A stretch of DNA of 64,000 nt from Pirellulales bacterium (GTDB lineage: Bacteria; Planctomycetota; Planctomycetia; Pirellulales; PALSA-1355): positions 1,088,001 through 1,152,000 of the forward strand of contig CAVTBU010000005.1 in the NCBI GenBank assembly GCA_963733035.1, in the 5' to 3' direction. A model generated the notes under the pieces. The model did not search any database. It saw only the letters and a list, made by a program, of their open reading frames with translations, and had not been told where the DNA came from. The position numbers were made by a program, and so were the translations under genes. Positions 51,658-62,876 of the stretch are shown piece after piece; the first letter of the stretch is position 1, and every line of letters starts with the position of its first letter.

Positions 51658-53034
51658 ATGAGCCGAATCGACGACTATCTCGAGCGAAATCGCGACCGCC
51701 AGGTGGAGGAGCTGAAGGAACTGCTGCGGATCCCCAGCGTCAGCGCCGACAGCGCTCACCGAGACGACATGCGTCGCGCGGCCGAATGGGTCGCCGACCA
51801 GTTCCGCCGCCTGAAGCTTCCGGTGGACGTGGTACCAACGGCCGGGCACCCGATCGTCTGTGCCCAGACGCCGCCCGTGCCGGGCGCGCCCGTCGTGCTG
51901 GTATACGGCCACTATGACGTTCAACCCCCCGATCCGCTGAGCGAATGGCATACGCCGCCGTTTGAGCCGACGATTCGCGACGGCAACATCTACGCCCGGG
52001 GCGCTACCGACGACAAGGGGCAGATGTTCACACATCTGAAAAGCACGGAGGCCTGGATCGAAACGGAAGGGCGGTTGCCGTTGCAGCTGAAGTTTCTGAT
52101 CGAGGGGGAAGAGGAGGTCGGCAGCGCCAATCTCGATTTGTTCATTGAACAGAACAAAGATCGACTGGCCTGCGATGTCGTGGTGATCAGCGACACCTGC
52201 CAGTTCGGCCCCGGCCAGCCGGCCATCACGTATGGTCTGCGGGGAATCTCTTACTATGAACTCCGGCTCACCGGCCCAAAGCAGGATTTGCATTCGGGCA
52301 CATTCGGCGGGGCCGTGGCGAATCCGGCCAACGTGCTGGTTTCGATGCTGGCCGGACTGGTTAACGAGCAAGGGCAAATCCAGGTGCCGGGTTTCTACGA
52401 CGACGTCGAGCCGTTGACGCCGCGCGAGCGGGCCGAATTCGCCAAGTTGCCGTTCGACGAGGCGGAGTTCATGCGGAAGATCGGCGTCGACGGCCTCCGC
52501 GGCGAAGAAGGATACTCGACGCTCGAACGGCGCCGGGCGCGGCCAACGTGCGACATTAACGGCCTCTGGAGTGGCTATCAAGGCGAAGGCGCCAAGACGG
52601 TGCTACCCGCTCGGGCCGGCGCCAAATTCAGTTTTCGTTTGGTGCCTAACCAAGATCCAAAAAAGCTCTCCGCTTCGCTGGAAAGCTGGCTCCGCAAGCG
52701 GTGCCCTGCGGGAATCAAGCTGGAACTGATCGACTTTCACGGCGCGCCGGGAGTTGTCGTGCCGCTGGAAAGTCCGTACGTCGCGGCGGCCACCCAGGCG
52801 ATTACGGAAGGTTTCGGCAAACGGCCGGTGTTCATGCGGGAAGGCGGATCGATTCCGGTGGTGGCAACCTTTCACGACTTGTTGGGAGTCGATACGCTGC
52901 TCTTGGGTTGGGGACTCGACGACGACAACACGCATAGCCCCAACGAAAAGTTTTCGGTCGCCGACTTCCACCGGGGCATCAAGGCCAGCGCGCACCTCTG
53001 GCAACACCTCGGCGCGCTTAAGAACAAGGCCTGA
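51658..53034 (+). CDS. M20 dipeptidase
   Basis: YGHYDVQP, ARGATDDKGQ, EGEEEVGS, DLHSG, HSPNEKF. Confidence 0.9.
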   Translation: MSRIDDYLERNRDRQVEELKELLRIPSVSADSAHRDDMRRAAEWVADQFRRLKLPVDVVPTAGHPIVCAQTPPVPGAPVVLVYGHYDVQPPDPLSEWHTPPFEPTIRDGNIYARGATDDKGQMFTHLKSTEAWIETEGRLPLQLKFLIEGEEEVGSANLDLFIEQNKDRLACDVVVISDTCQFGPGQPAITYGLRGISYYELRLTGPKQDLHSGTFGGAVANPANVLVSMLAGLVNEQGQIQVPGFYDDVEPLTPRERAEFAKLPFDEAEFMRKIGVDGLRGEEGYSTLERRRARPTCDINGLWSGYQGEGAKTVLPARAGAKFSFRLVPNQDPKKLSASLESWLRKRCPAGIKLELIDFHGAPGVVVPLESPYVAAATQAITEGFGKRPVFMREGGSIPVVATFHDLLGVDTLLLGWGLDDDNTHSPNEKFSVADFHRGIKASAHLWQHLGALKNKA

Positions 53035-53099
53035 CGTCGCCACTCGCTACGCTGCGTTTTAGAGGCCATCCATCCGTACCACTCTATTTTGTTTACATC

Positions 53100-54379
53100 A
53101 TGCTCGATCGTAGATTCATCGCTGACAACGTCGACCTCGTTGAAGAGAATTGCCGCCGCCGGGGTTCGCAGGCAAACGTGCGGGCTTTTGCCGAATTGGA
53201 AGCGCGGCGCCGAGCCAAGCAAACCGAGATCGAAGAGCTCAATCGAAAAGCGAATGAAGTGAGCAAATCCATCGGCAAGGCCAAGGATGCCGCCGAGCGG
53301 GAAGCGCGCAAGAACGAAGGACGTACCCTGCGAGAAAAAACGGCCGCTGCCCAGGTCGACCTCGACCAATTGACGAGCGAGGCCGACGCAATTCTCAAGT
53401 CGATCCCGAACCTGTCGCATCCCGACGCGCCGCTGGGCGCGGACGATCAAGCCAATTTGGAGGTGCGCCGCGGCAAGCACGAACCCCCTAAGTTCGACTT
53501 CCAGCCCCGCGACCACGTGACGATCGCCGAAAGCCTGGGCCTGCTCGATTTGGAGGGGGGTGCCAAAGTGGCGGGCCACGGCTTTTACTTCCTCAAAAAC
53601 GATGCGGTGCTGCTGGAGTTGGCCCTGCAGCGTTATGCCCTCGACCTGCTCATTCAGGAAGGCTTTTCGCCCACCATCACACCAGACCTGGCTCGCAACG
53701 AAATCCTGCAAGGGACCGGATATATACCGCGCGGCCCGGAAACTCAAATCTATAGCATTGCCGACAGCGACCTCAGCCTGGTGGCCACCGCCGAGATCAC
53801 CCTGGGAGGTTTGCTCTCGGGCGAGATCCTCGAAGCCGACAAACTGCCCATCAAGCTCTGCGGGATTAGCCATTGTTATCGCACCGAAGCCGCGCGCACG
53901 GACGCACTTCCCGCGGGCTCTATCGCGTCCATCAGTTCACCAAAGTTGAGATGTTCGCCTTTACGCTTCCCGAACAAAGCGAGGCGATGCTCGGCTATTT
54001 CTGTGATTTGGAATGCCGGCTGTTCGATGGGCTCGAAATTGCCTACCGCGTGGTCGATACGGCCACGGGCGACCTGGGCGGGCCAGCCTATCGCAAATTC
54101 GATCTGGAGGCTTGGATGCCCGGACGCGGCGACGGGGGAGAATTTGGCGAGGTGACGAGCACGTCGAATTGCACGGACTATCAGGCTCGCAGACTCGGCA
54201 TCCGCTATCGTACCGGCGAGAAAGGCACGGCTCTGGTGCACACGCTAAACGGTACGGCCATCGCGATCAGCCGCGCGCTGATCGCGATCCTGGAGAACTA
54301 CCAACAAGCCGATGGCTCGGTTGTCGTGCCGGACGCGCTGGTGCCATGGGTGGGCAAGAACCGCATCACCGCCAGCTGA
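53100..54379 (+). CDS. serS: Serine-tRNA ligase; frameshift at ~53891
   Basis: ATAEIT, CYRTEA(G)AHGRTSRGLYRVHQFTKVE, DLEAWMP, SNCTDYQARRL, HTLNGT. Confidence 0.95.
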
Positions 54380-54509
54380 CCCGCACTCACCCGCGACAAA
54401 TGGTCGCGGGCACTTGTGCCGAGACGGTCAACAGCGGTGAGCGATTGGTAAGGGACCATGACACGTTGGCTGCACGTAGACCGACAAGCCGAGCCATGCG
54501 GCCGCCGCG

Positions 54510-54686
54510 TTAGCTCCCGGAACCCAGCGAGTTGGCGATATTGCTGAACGACACGCTGGTCTTGGAACCGAGAGCCTGGATACTCACCAGACAGACCGTG
54601 ATCACCAGCGCAAGCATGACCGCGTATTCGACGGCGGTAGGGCCGTCTTCAGCGGTGAGAAATCTTTTGATCTTCGGAAATAACAT
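54510..54686 (-). CDS. flp: Flp family type IVc pilin
   Basis: AAGGAG RBS; RFLTAEDG|PTAVEYAVMLALV; 58 aa. Confidence 0.92.
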   Translation of the reverse strand: MLFPKIKRFLTAEDGPTAVEYAVMLALVITVCLVSIQALGSKTSVSFSNIANSLGSGS

Positions 54687-54794
54687 GTGACGCTCCTTTA
54701 GCGTATAAAGGCGAACCGCCCCCGCAGGACAGTTCGTCCCACGGTGATACGCGTGCGCCGACGAAAACTCGGCACAACGTGACCACCTTACCTT

Positions 54795-54879
54795 TCGACA
54801 ACCGGCTACCCCGTGCAGCCTAAGCGGCGCGGGGTCCTTGGCTTTGCGTCCCGGCCTTGCGACCGGTTTGCCTTTTCGA
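54795..54879 (-). ncRNA. c-di-GMP-I (GEMM-I) class riboswitch
   Basis: TCGAAAAGGCAAACCGGTC-GCAA-GGCCGGGACGCAAAGCC..GGTAGCCGGTTGTCGA: GA-motif internal loop, GNRA tetraloop, P1/P3 pairing; in the 5' UTR of flp. Confidence 0.9.
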
Positions 54880-55084
54880 GGATGGTGGCCCAGGAGCACA
54901 CAGATCGGCTACAAGGCCGCCAAGCTCACGATAGGAAACTGCGAACTTCAGGATGTGACCCGTTCCAATCCCGTTTCGCGCCTTCGAAAGCGCGACTTTG
55001 GTGGGCTATTAGGAAACGTATGTCAACTTCGGGCCGTGTCAAATCGCGGCAAAGCGGTTTGTGCGCAATTTTGTGGCCAGGAGT

Positions 55085-56428
55085 CTAGGCGCCGCTCATC
55101 GCGGCCTGGGCTTCGGCACACAACCGGGCTGCTTCGGCCTCGGTAGGAGCTTCGGCCACGGCCCGCACAATTGGCTCGGTGTTGCTAGCCCGCACGAGCA
55201 GCCATTTGCCCGGCCAATCCAGGCGTAATCCATCCAAACGGTCACTCTGGGCATCGGCGAAATGCCGAGCAACCGCGTCGAATGCCCCGGCGATTTTCTC
55301 CCTCGGCAGGGAGAGCTTGGTTTTAACGATCGCATAGCGGGGCAGTTCATCGACCAGGGCCGCCAGCGGCTGGTCTCGGGCTGCCATCGCGTCGAGCGTC
55401 ATTGCCATGCCGACAAAGCTATCGCGCACCAGACCCACGCGGGGATCGATCGCACCGCCGTTGCCTTCCCCGCCAAATATCGCTCCCTCGGCCAACATTC
55501 GGTCGACCACGTTCGCTTCGCCGACGGCCGAGCGAAAAAAGGGAACCTTGTACTTCTCGGCAATGTCCTGCGCCATGCGACTTGTGGAACAATTGGTTAC
55601 AACCGGCCCCGGCTGACCTCGCAACCGGTGGTCGACGCAAATGGCCAGCGTGTATTCCTCGCCAACATAGCGTCCCGCGGCATCGATCAGGGCCAGGCGA
55701 TCGGCGTCCGGGTCCTGGCAGAACCCGACGTCGCAGCCGTTGGCCACGACCGCCGATAACACGCCCGCGAGATTTTCGGCCGTGGGTTCGGGCGTATGGG
55801 CGAAGTGCCCATCGGGCGTGCCTCCCAGCATCGTCATCGTGCAGCCCAACTCCGCGAGTAATTTCCGGCCAAGCACGCTACCGGATCCGTGATTGGCATC
55901 GAGTAGCACTTTGAATTTGCGACCGCGGATGCGTTCGACATCGACCGTCGCCAAAACCAGCTGCAAATGCCGCGCAATCGAATCCTGGCACGAGTGGATC
56001 GTTCCGACCTCGTCGTACGTGGCCCAAGCGGGTGCCTGCTCGCGATAGCGCTCGATTACCCGAGCGCCGGCCTCCTCGGGAATCACGCGGCCGTCAGGAG
56101 AAAAGAGCTTCAGACCGTTATATTGCAGTGGATTGTGGCTGGCGGAAATCTGGATGCCGCCGGCCGCAGCGTGCTCGCGGACCAGCACACCGGTGGTTGG
56201 AGTGGCGGCGACTCCGGCGTCAAGAACATTGCAGCCCAGGGCCGTCAGGCCGCCCTTGAGCACGGCTGCCAGCATCGGACCGGTCGTGCGACCATCGCGG
56301 GTGATTACGACGGTGCCACCTCGCAGCGGCACCGCAAAGGCGCACGCATAGCGTAAGGCGATTTCCGGAGTCAGGCTGTCTCCGACAATTCCCCGCAATC
56401 CGGAGACACTGATAATCGGCTCGCTCAC
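55085..56428 (-). CDS. glmM: Phosphoglucosamine mutase
   Basis: SVSGLRG, ISASHNP, QDPDADRL, VGEANVV, GGEGNG, RASNTEP. Confidence 0.8.
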   Translation of the reverse strand: MSEPIISVSGLRGIVGDSLTPEIALRYACAFAVPLRGGTVVITRDGRTTGPMLAAVLKGGLTALGCNVLDAGVAATPTTGVLVREHAAAGGIQISASHNPLQYNGLKLFSPDGRVIPEEAGARVIERYREQAPAWATYDEVGTIHSCQDSIARHLQLVLATVDVERIRGRKFKVLLDANHGSGSVLGRKLLAELGCTMTMLGGTPDGHFAHTPEPTAENLAGVLSAVVANGCDVGFCQDPDADRLALIDAAGRYVGEEYTLAICVDHRLRGQPGPVVTNCSTSRMAQDIAEKYKVPFFRSAVGEANVVDRMLAEGAIFGGEGNGGAIDPRVGLVRDSFVGMAMTLDAMAARDQPLAALVDELPRYAIVKTKLSLPREKIAGAFDAVARHFADAQSDRLDGLRLDWPGKWLLVRASNTEPIVRAVAEAPTEAEAARLCAEAQAAMSGA

Positions 56429-56636
56429 GCTCGATGTCCTCACGTGGAAGAAGATGGGAAATTGGCCCGGCAGTTGAATCATTCTGGAAAGTCTCAAATT
56501 CTAGCACGTTTGCCCTAGCTTCGCGGCGGATTGAGAAAGCGTCGCACCAGCACTAGGCTCTGACGGACAAATCGGGCAGAATTCCGGCTGTGGCACATCG
56601 CGGCGCGCAACCTCAGAAATGGAGATCTTCGTACGG

Positions 56637-58463
56637 ATGGCTTCGACCGAAACTTTCGATCGCCAGCAGGCACTGGCAGCGCTCGACAAAGCTGCCAGCG
56701 AGAACAAGCTTTCACCCGGTGCCGTGACGAACATTCGCGTATGGCTCACCGAGCCTCGCTACGCCGAATATGCACCGCAAGTCGCCGAGCATTTGGCCTC
56801 AGGCAGGTTCCAGGAGCTCGACGACGCTTTCTGGACGATCATCCCGTTCGGCACCGGAGGCCGGCGCGGCAAGATGTATCCGATCGGATCGAACGCAATC
56901 AACGATCGCACGATCGGCGAGAGTGCGCAGGGGCTGGCCGATTATGTGAAAAGCGTCGAGGGGAATGAAAACCTCGGCTGCGCGATTGCTTACGACACGC
57001 GCCACCGCTCGCGGCATTTCGCCGAACTTTGCGCCGAAGTGATGGTGGCCGCGGGATTCAAAGTTTACTTTCTCAACGGATTCCGCAGCACGCCGGAGCT
57101 TTCGTTCGCGGTTCGCCACAACAACTGCTCGTGCGGCATTATGGTGACGGCCAGCCACAACCCGCCCAGCGACAATGCCGTGAAAGCCTATTGGTCGACC
57201 GGCGGGCAGCTCTTGCCGCCGCACGATCAGGGCGTGATCGACCGAGTGATGTCGACCACCACGATTCACCGGGTACCCTTTGCCGACGCGCTGACCAAGG
57301 GTCAGGTCGTGTACTGCGAGAAGGAAGTCGACAAAGCCTACATTGCGGCCGTTCATGGGCAAAGCTTCACTGGCCCTCGCGATCTGAAGATCATCTATTC
57401 GCCGCTGCATGGCGTGGGCGCCTCGGCCGTGCTGCCAGCGCTGGCCGCGGCCGGTTTCAAAGACGTCGAGGAGTTCGGCCCCCATGCCACGCCGGACGGC
57501 GATTTTCCGAACGTGCCGAAGCACATCTCCAACCCGGAGAACAAGGAGGTTTTCACGTCGATCATCGCTCGCGCCGAGGAAGCTGGCGCCGACTTGATCT
57601 TGGCCAGCGACCCGGATTGCGACCGCATTGGCCTGGCAACTCCCCTTTCGACCAAGAGCGGCGCCAAGTGGGCCACGATGACCGGCAACCAAATTGGCGT
57701 GCTGCTGACTGAATATCTGCTCGAAAAGTGGCAGGCCAGCGGGCGGCTGACACCACAGCACTACATCGTCAAGACTCTGGTCACGACGGAAATGGCCAGA
57801 CGCATCGCCGATGCGTTTAGCGTAGTGACTTATGGCAACCTGCAAGTGGGCTTCAAGTACATCGGCGGCACCATGGACGAAAAGGGCCCCGAGCGATTCG
57901 TGTTTGGCGCCGAGGAGTCGCACGGCTTTTTGGCCGGCACCTACGCCCGCGACAAAGACGCCGCAGTGGCGGCGATGTTGCTGGCCGAGCTGGCTGCCCA
58001 GGAAAAAGCCGCTGGCAAAACCTTGCACGAGAAGCTCGACGCCCTTTACTGGCAATACGGCTATCACGCCGAATCTCAGGTCTCGGTCACCTTGCCGGGC
58101 TCCGAAGGCATGGCACAAATCGCCGCGCTGATGAAGAAGTTTCGCCAGGACCCGCCGCGTGAGCTGGCAGGGTTCAAAGTCGTCCGCGTGCGCGACTACA
58201 AGGCACTGCTCGAACATGCTCCCGGCGGAACGCCCACGCAGTTCGACGGTCCGAAGGGAGACATGGTGATGCTGAACCTGGACGCCGACGGAACCTACGT
58301 GGCGGTGCGCCCCTCGGGCACCGAGCCGAAGGTGAAGTTCTACATGTTCACCTACGAGCCGGCCGAGCAATTGCACAACCTGGAAACGACGAAGGCGGAA
58401 CTTGCCCAGCGGCTGACGGCGCTGGCTGGCGATTTGACCAAGTTCGCGCACGTCGGCACTTGA
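56637..58463 (+). CDS. Phospho-sugar mutase (phosphoglucomutase/phosphomannomutase)
   Basis: FGTGGRRG, TASHNP, SDPDCDR, EESHG, RDKDA, RPSGTEPKVKFY. Confidence 0.92.
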   Translation: MASTETFDRQQALAALDKAASENKLSPGAVTNIRVWLTEPRYAEYAPQVAEHLASGRFQELDDAFWTIIPFGTGGRRGKMYPIGSNAINDRTIGESAQGLADYVKSVEGNENLGCAIAYDTRHRSRHFAELCAEVMVAAGFKVYFLNGFRSTPELSFAVRHNNCSCGIMVTASHNPPSDNAVKAYWSTGGQLLPPHDQGVIDRVMSTTTIHRVPFADALTKGQVVYCEKEVDKAYIAAVHGQSFTGPRDLKIIYSPLHGVGASAVLPALAAAGFKDVEEFGPHATPDGDFPNVPKHISNPENKEVFTSIIARAEEAGADLILASDPDCDRIGLATPLSTKSGAKWATMTGNQIGVLLTEYLLEKWQASGRLTPQHYIVKTLVTTEMARRIADAFSVVTYGNLQVGFKYIGGTMDEKGPERFVFGAEESHGFLAGTYARDKDAAVAAMLLAELAAQEKAAGKTLHEKLDALYWQYGYHAESQVSVTLPGSEGMAQIAALMKKFRQDPPRELAGFKVVRVRDYKALLEHAPGGTPTQFDGPKGDMVMLNLDADGTYVAVRPSGTEPKVKFYMFTYEPAEQLHNLETTKAELAQRLTALAGDLTKFAHVGT

Positions 58464-58596
58464 TGGATCAAGATTGGTGTCGGTCTCGCCGAGGCATTTG
58501 AGCCTGCTTCGGGCGGGAACCAGGGGGGTAGCTTGCCGGGCTACAATTAGCAGGAGTAGCGCGTCCGAACTGATGCCGCGGTGAGCATTCGCTTTC

Positions 58597-59985
58597 ATGG
58601 CCGACAACCCCACTCACGAACCGTTGCCCGAACTGCCTGACGGCGACACATTGAAGGATGTCGCCGGCGAAGGTTCGTTTGGCTTTCGCCGCGCGCTGGC
58701 CAAGGTGCGCGAGTTTCCGCAGACGCCGGGTCTCTATTTGATGAAGGACGCGGCCGGCCGCGTGATCTATGTCGGCAAGGCGAAGAACTTGCGATCGCGG
58801 GCGAGCAGCTACTTCCTGAAGGGCGCCGCCGAAGATCGCCGCACGGCCGACATGGTGCGCGAAATCGCGGACATCGATTTCTTGGAATGCGAAAGCGAGG
58901 TCGACGCCCTGCTGGCCGAGGCCCGGCTGATCAAGGATGTGCAGCCGAAGTACAACCAGGACCTCAAGGACGACAAGACATTTCCCTACCTGGAAATCAC
59001 CACCCGCGAGGATTTTCCGCGGGTGGAATTTACGCGCACTCCGCACGAGCGGGGCACGAAGCTCTATGGACCGTTCGCCAGCGCCGGCAGCCTGCGGGGG
59101 GCGATGCAGGTGTTGCAGAAGATTTTCAAATTTCGCACCTGCTCGCTTGATATCGACGAGGACGACGAGAAGTGGCGCTGGTTCCGTCCCTGCTTGCTGG
59201 CATCGATCGACCAGTGCACTGCGCCGTGCAACCTGCGAATCTCCAAGGAAGAATACCGCAAGGACATCCAGCGGCTGCGGATGTTCCTGGAGGGGAACAA
59301 GCGGAAGTTGCTCTCGGAAATGAAGGCGGAAATGCAGGCGGCCGCGGCAGCCCTCCGGTTCGAGCAGGCCGCCCGACTGCGCGACGAAATCCAAATGCTC
59401 GAGACGCTCGACGAGCGCGGTGAGCTCGACACGCATGTGCAGCCGGAGGTGTTTTACGTCGATCCGAAGAAGGGCCTGTCAGGGCTGCAAAAGGTGCTCA
59501 AGCTGCCGGAGACGCCGCGCACGATCGAAGGCGTCGACATCGCCCATTTGGGCGGCGGTGAAACGGTGGCCAGCCTGGTGCAGTTCATTGATGGTCTGCC
59601 GTTCAAGCCGCACTACCGGCGATTCAAGATTCGCGACGTGCAGGGGGTCGATGATTTTGCCAGCATTCGCGAAGTGATTGCCCGGCGGTTCCAGCGGCTG
59701 CACGACGATGCGCAGATTTTTCCCGATCTGCTGCTGATCGACGGCGGCAAGGGACAACTATCCTCGGCGCTAACCGCATTTCGCGAGCTCGACATCGAAC
59801 CGCCAAAAGTGATCTCGCTGGCCAAGCGCGAGGAAGAGGTATTCGTAATGGGCCAGAGCGAGCCGCTGCGTCTGAGCCGCCATTCCTTCGCGTTGCGCCT
59901 GCTGCAATACGTGCGCGACGAGGCCCACCGCTTCGCCCAGCACTATCACCACATCCTGCGGCGGAAGTCGATGTTGGGGGAGTGA
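58597..59985 (+). CDS. uvrC: Excinuclease ABC subunit C (short form)
   Basis: GIY-YIG (PGLYLMK..IYVGKAKNLRSR), UVR coil (LRFEQAARLRD), RNase H-like (DIAH, LIDGGKGQ, RDEAHRFA). Confidence 0.9.
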   Translation: MADNPTHEPLPELPDGDTLKDVAGEGSFGFRRALAKVREFPQTPGLYLMKDAAGRVIYVGKAKNLRSRASSYFLKGAAEDRRTADMVREIADIDFLECESEVDALLAEARLIKDVQPKYNQDLKDDKTFPYLEITTREDFPRVEFTRTPHERGTKLYGPFASAGSLRGAMQVLQKIFKFRTCSLDIDEDDEKWRWFRPCLLASIDQCTAPCNLRISKEEYRKDIQRLRMFLEGNKRKLLSEMKAEMQAAAAALRFEQAARLRDEIQMLETLDERGELDTHVQPEVFYVDPKKGLSGLQKVLKLPETPRTIEGVDIAHLGGGETVASLVQFIDGLPFKPHYRRFKIRDVQGVDDFASIREVIARRFQRLHDDAQIFPDLLLIDGGKGQLSSALTAFRELDIEPPKVISLAKREEEVFVMGQSEPLRLSRHSFALRLLQYVRDEAHRFAQHYHHILRRKSMLGE

Positions 59986-60164
59986 AGCGGCGGTTTGCGG
60001 CCCGGTCGCCTCGACTTGATGAACCGCCGAGCCGACCATCTTTTCGCCGGTGGAATTTGTCTCGTTTGGCTGCCAACGTTTTATGTCCGATTGGCATTTC
60101 CGCTGAACTGGTCTACAAAGCCCATGGGTCCGGCGATGATTGCGATTCGCTCATGAACGGCCAA

Positions 60165-61789
60165 CTATTTCGGCTGCTCGCTTCGTCGGGCACCGAACTG
60201 TTCGAGCAGCTTTGACAGCCGGTGGACGATCCACGTGATCAGCTCGAAGTCGGCCAGCAGTTTGAGCACTGCTGTTTGCTGCGCGACGGCCCGCTCCCCC
60301 GTTTGCTCGCTTCCCTCGCCACGCACGCAAGACTCGCGCGCTTGCGCTACAAGCTGGCTGTGGCTGCGCGACTGCTCGCGAAGCATTTCGATGGTCTCAG
60401 GCCGGCGCGTGTCGCACGCTAAGGCCGCCACTCCCAACAAGGCTTCGAGCGCACCAAGCACCTGCTCGCGGACGAAGCCCGTCTCCGCCGCGTGCCGCAA
60501 CTCACGGTGAGATTGCCGCAACTGCACGTAGCTTTCCGCGATATAGCCAACGACAGCCGTCATTTCGCGCGCAATGTTCAGCCGCTGGGCCACGGATTTG
60601 TGCAGTGGCGCAGCGCGAGCTGCCCCGCCAACTCTTCGAGCCGTCGCGTCAGCATCGCATAATCGGTCGCCCGCCGGTCTTCAATCACCCCGGAATCGGT
60701 TCCTGCGCGATGGGCTCGCACCGAAGCTTGTAAGCTGGCCAGCAAGCGGGCCAGCTCGCGCGGGATCAAATCGACGGCCGTTACCGGGTCTTCCAGGCTG
60801 CGGGCCGAAAGGTACTTCGGCTGCGCCGCGTCGCCATCCTCGTCCGTCGGCCAAATGCGGGCTACCGCCGCCACCAAGCGCGGCAAAAACGGCGACAAAG
60901 CAATCGCCGGCAATAAATTCGACAGCAAAAACACCAGGGCCAATTGCAGCGCGATATCCGAGCTCGCTGCTTTCACGGCCGCCAGCACCAGCGGCGCGCC
61001 GGTTAACGTCTCCAGGTAATAGAGCGCCACCATCAACACGCCGCTCACCACGCAGAACAGATCTTCGAAGCGGACCAGCTGCATCGTTGTACCTCGCATC
61101 CCCAACGATAAGAGCAATCGCAGGACGATTGCGCCCAGGTTGGTGCCATAGATCAGCATCGCGGCCGATTCCAGGCGGAACACGCCCCCCGCGGCCAACG
61201 TGATCACGAGCAGCGTGGCGCCTGTGTTGCTTTGCAGAATGGCGGCCAGCAAAAAGCCAAACAGAAAGGCGACGGGCGGAGAGGCGACCGTGTGCGAGAC
61301 AAAGTTGCGGAGCCACTCAGAATGTGCCAGGGGCCCGGCCGACGTCCCCATCGTCTGCAGGCCAAACAACAACAGCGCGATGCCCACCAGAATGCTCGCG
61401 ATCTGCTTCGACAATCGATGCCGGACGAGCGTGGCCGCCAGGCCCGAAATCCCCACGGCCCAGGCCACGAAGGGATGAATATCGAGCGTCGCCACGAAGG
61501 CCAGCGCCGTCAGGCCCACGTTAGTCCACGTAATGACCGGCAGCGCCGCTTCGGGCAAAACCAGGCCGCTGGCAACCATGTTGACCAGGATGAAGGTCAC
61601 GCCCGTGGCGCTTTGCATCATGGCGCCGGCCGCCAGCCCCAGTCCAGCACCTGCCCACGCCGACGAAGTGAAGCGGGTGACGAGTGAACGAAAGCTGGGG
61701 CCGCTGAGTTGCCGTAGGTATTCGCCGACCATCTGCATGCCGACGAAGAAGATCCCCAGCCCCAGCGAGAATTCGGCGAGTTCGTTCAT
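60165..61789 (-). CDS. Na/Pi cotransporter family protein; frameshift at ~60610
   Basis: Two repeats MQSATGVT/LQSNTGAT with TNVG/GTNLG; PhoU-like helical C-terminus in ORF 60165..60593. Confidence 0.8.
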
Positions 61790-62023
61790 CCGCAGTGGAA
61801 ACCTCTTGCCTTGTCACCGTGCCGTCTCGCATGTCTTCCGGCCGACGCCATCGTAGGATAAGGCCGGGCCCGCCCAGGAACCAGTCATCCCTCGGAAGAA
61901 GCCAACTGGCGGGTCAAAGAATCCAGGACTAGCCCGTCGAATTGACCGAAAGAGCGCGGGAAGGTTGAGCGTTCGCGGCTCGGGACGGATCGACCTTGGA
62001 GTGAGCCCTTGCGTCTCGTCTAT

Positions 62024-62605
62024 TTACCGGCTTTTCCGTTTTCGGAGCCAATGCATGGCCGCGGCACAGCCGGCCAGCGCCAACAGCAGCCCACTGGCAG
62101 GTTCGGGGACCGGCGAGACGGTGAAATTCACGCTCAAGTCGGGTGTGGAGGGAGAGGAGAGCAAAACCGCCGTCGTCGGATAGGCCGCGGTGCTGACAGC
62201 GATGACCTCGTTGCTGTGCACGAAATCGTTCACGTAGAAATCGTCAGTGTTCTGAGCGACGCTCGTAACCGTATTTGCAGTCGAACCAACGATGATCTGA
62301 TAGAGCGAGCCATCGTTGTAGACGACGTAGAAACCGGTGTTGGACAAGTCCTGCGTCGTCGCACCCAGCGGGTTGGGCGAAAGGCTGAACGCGGTGAGCG
62401 ATCCTTCCACGTGCTCAAGGCCGACGCCGCTTATCGTGTCGTCGCTGTATGTGAACGCGGCAGTTCCAGTGAACGGCTCGTTGGTATAACCCTGGCCGTT
62501 GAGCGTCACCGACCAGGAACCAGTGACGTTGAACATGCTGGCTTGCGCGTTGCCGACGAGGCCGGCGGTGGCAATGAGGGACACTAAGCAGCTGCGATAC
62601 AACAT
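62024..62605 (-). CDS. PEP-CTERM sorting-domain protein (193 aa)
   Basis: Signal peptide ending AQA-S; VPEPASGLLLALAGCAAAMHWLRKRKSR. Confidence 0.88.
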   Translation of the reverse strand: MLYRSCLVSLIATAGLVGNAQASMFNVTGSWSVTLNGQGYTNEPFTGTAAFTYSDDTISGVGLEHVEGSLTAFSLSPNPLGATTQDLSNTGFYVVYNDGSLYQIIVGSTANTVTSVAQNTDDFYVNDFVHSNEVIAVSTAAYPTTAVLLSSPSTPDLSVNFTVSPVPEPASGLLLALAGCAAAMHWLRKRKSR

Positions 62606-62876
62606 AATCGGCCTTAGGTTAGAAACACCGTGAAATCGTCCGCCGGCGACGAAACAAGCGGGGGCACGCAACCGGCACTGTACCCAGACGAGCCTACCGA
62701 TACAAGGAAACCTGTGCGAACAAGTCCGATTGCAGTCGCTGGAAGATGCGATAGAAAAAAAGCGGAAACGCAGGTGAATTCAAGGGGCGTGGTACGCACA
62801 GACTCGCAAGACGCGGCGGCAATTTTTGCGATTTTTGAGAAAACCACAGAATCCGCGGACGCGGCGCATGTTGGAA

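Noticed and set aside
53100..54379. serS, ispD and mtaB as pseudogenes or programmed frameshifts
   Set aside because: Conserved genes with intact motifs on both sides, no slippery heptamers, and the same error context throughout the window
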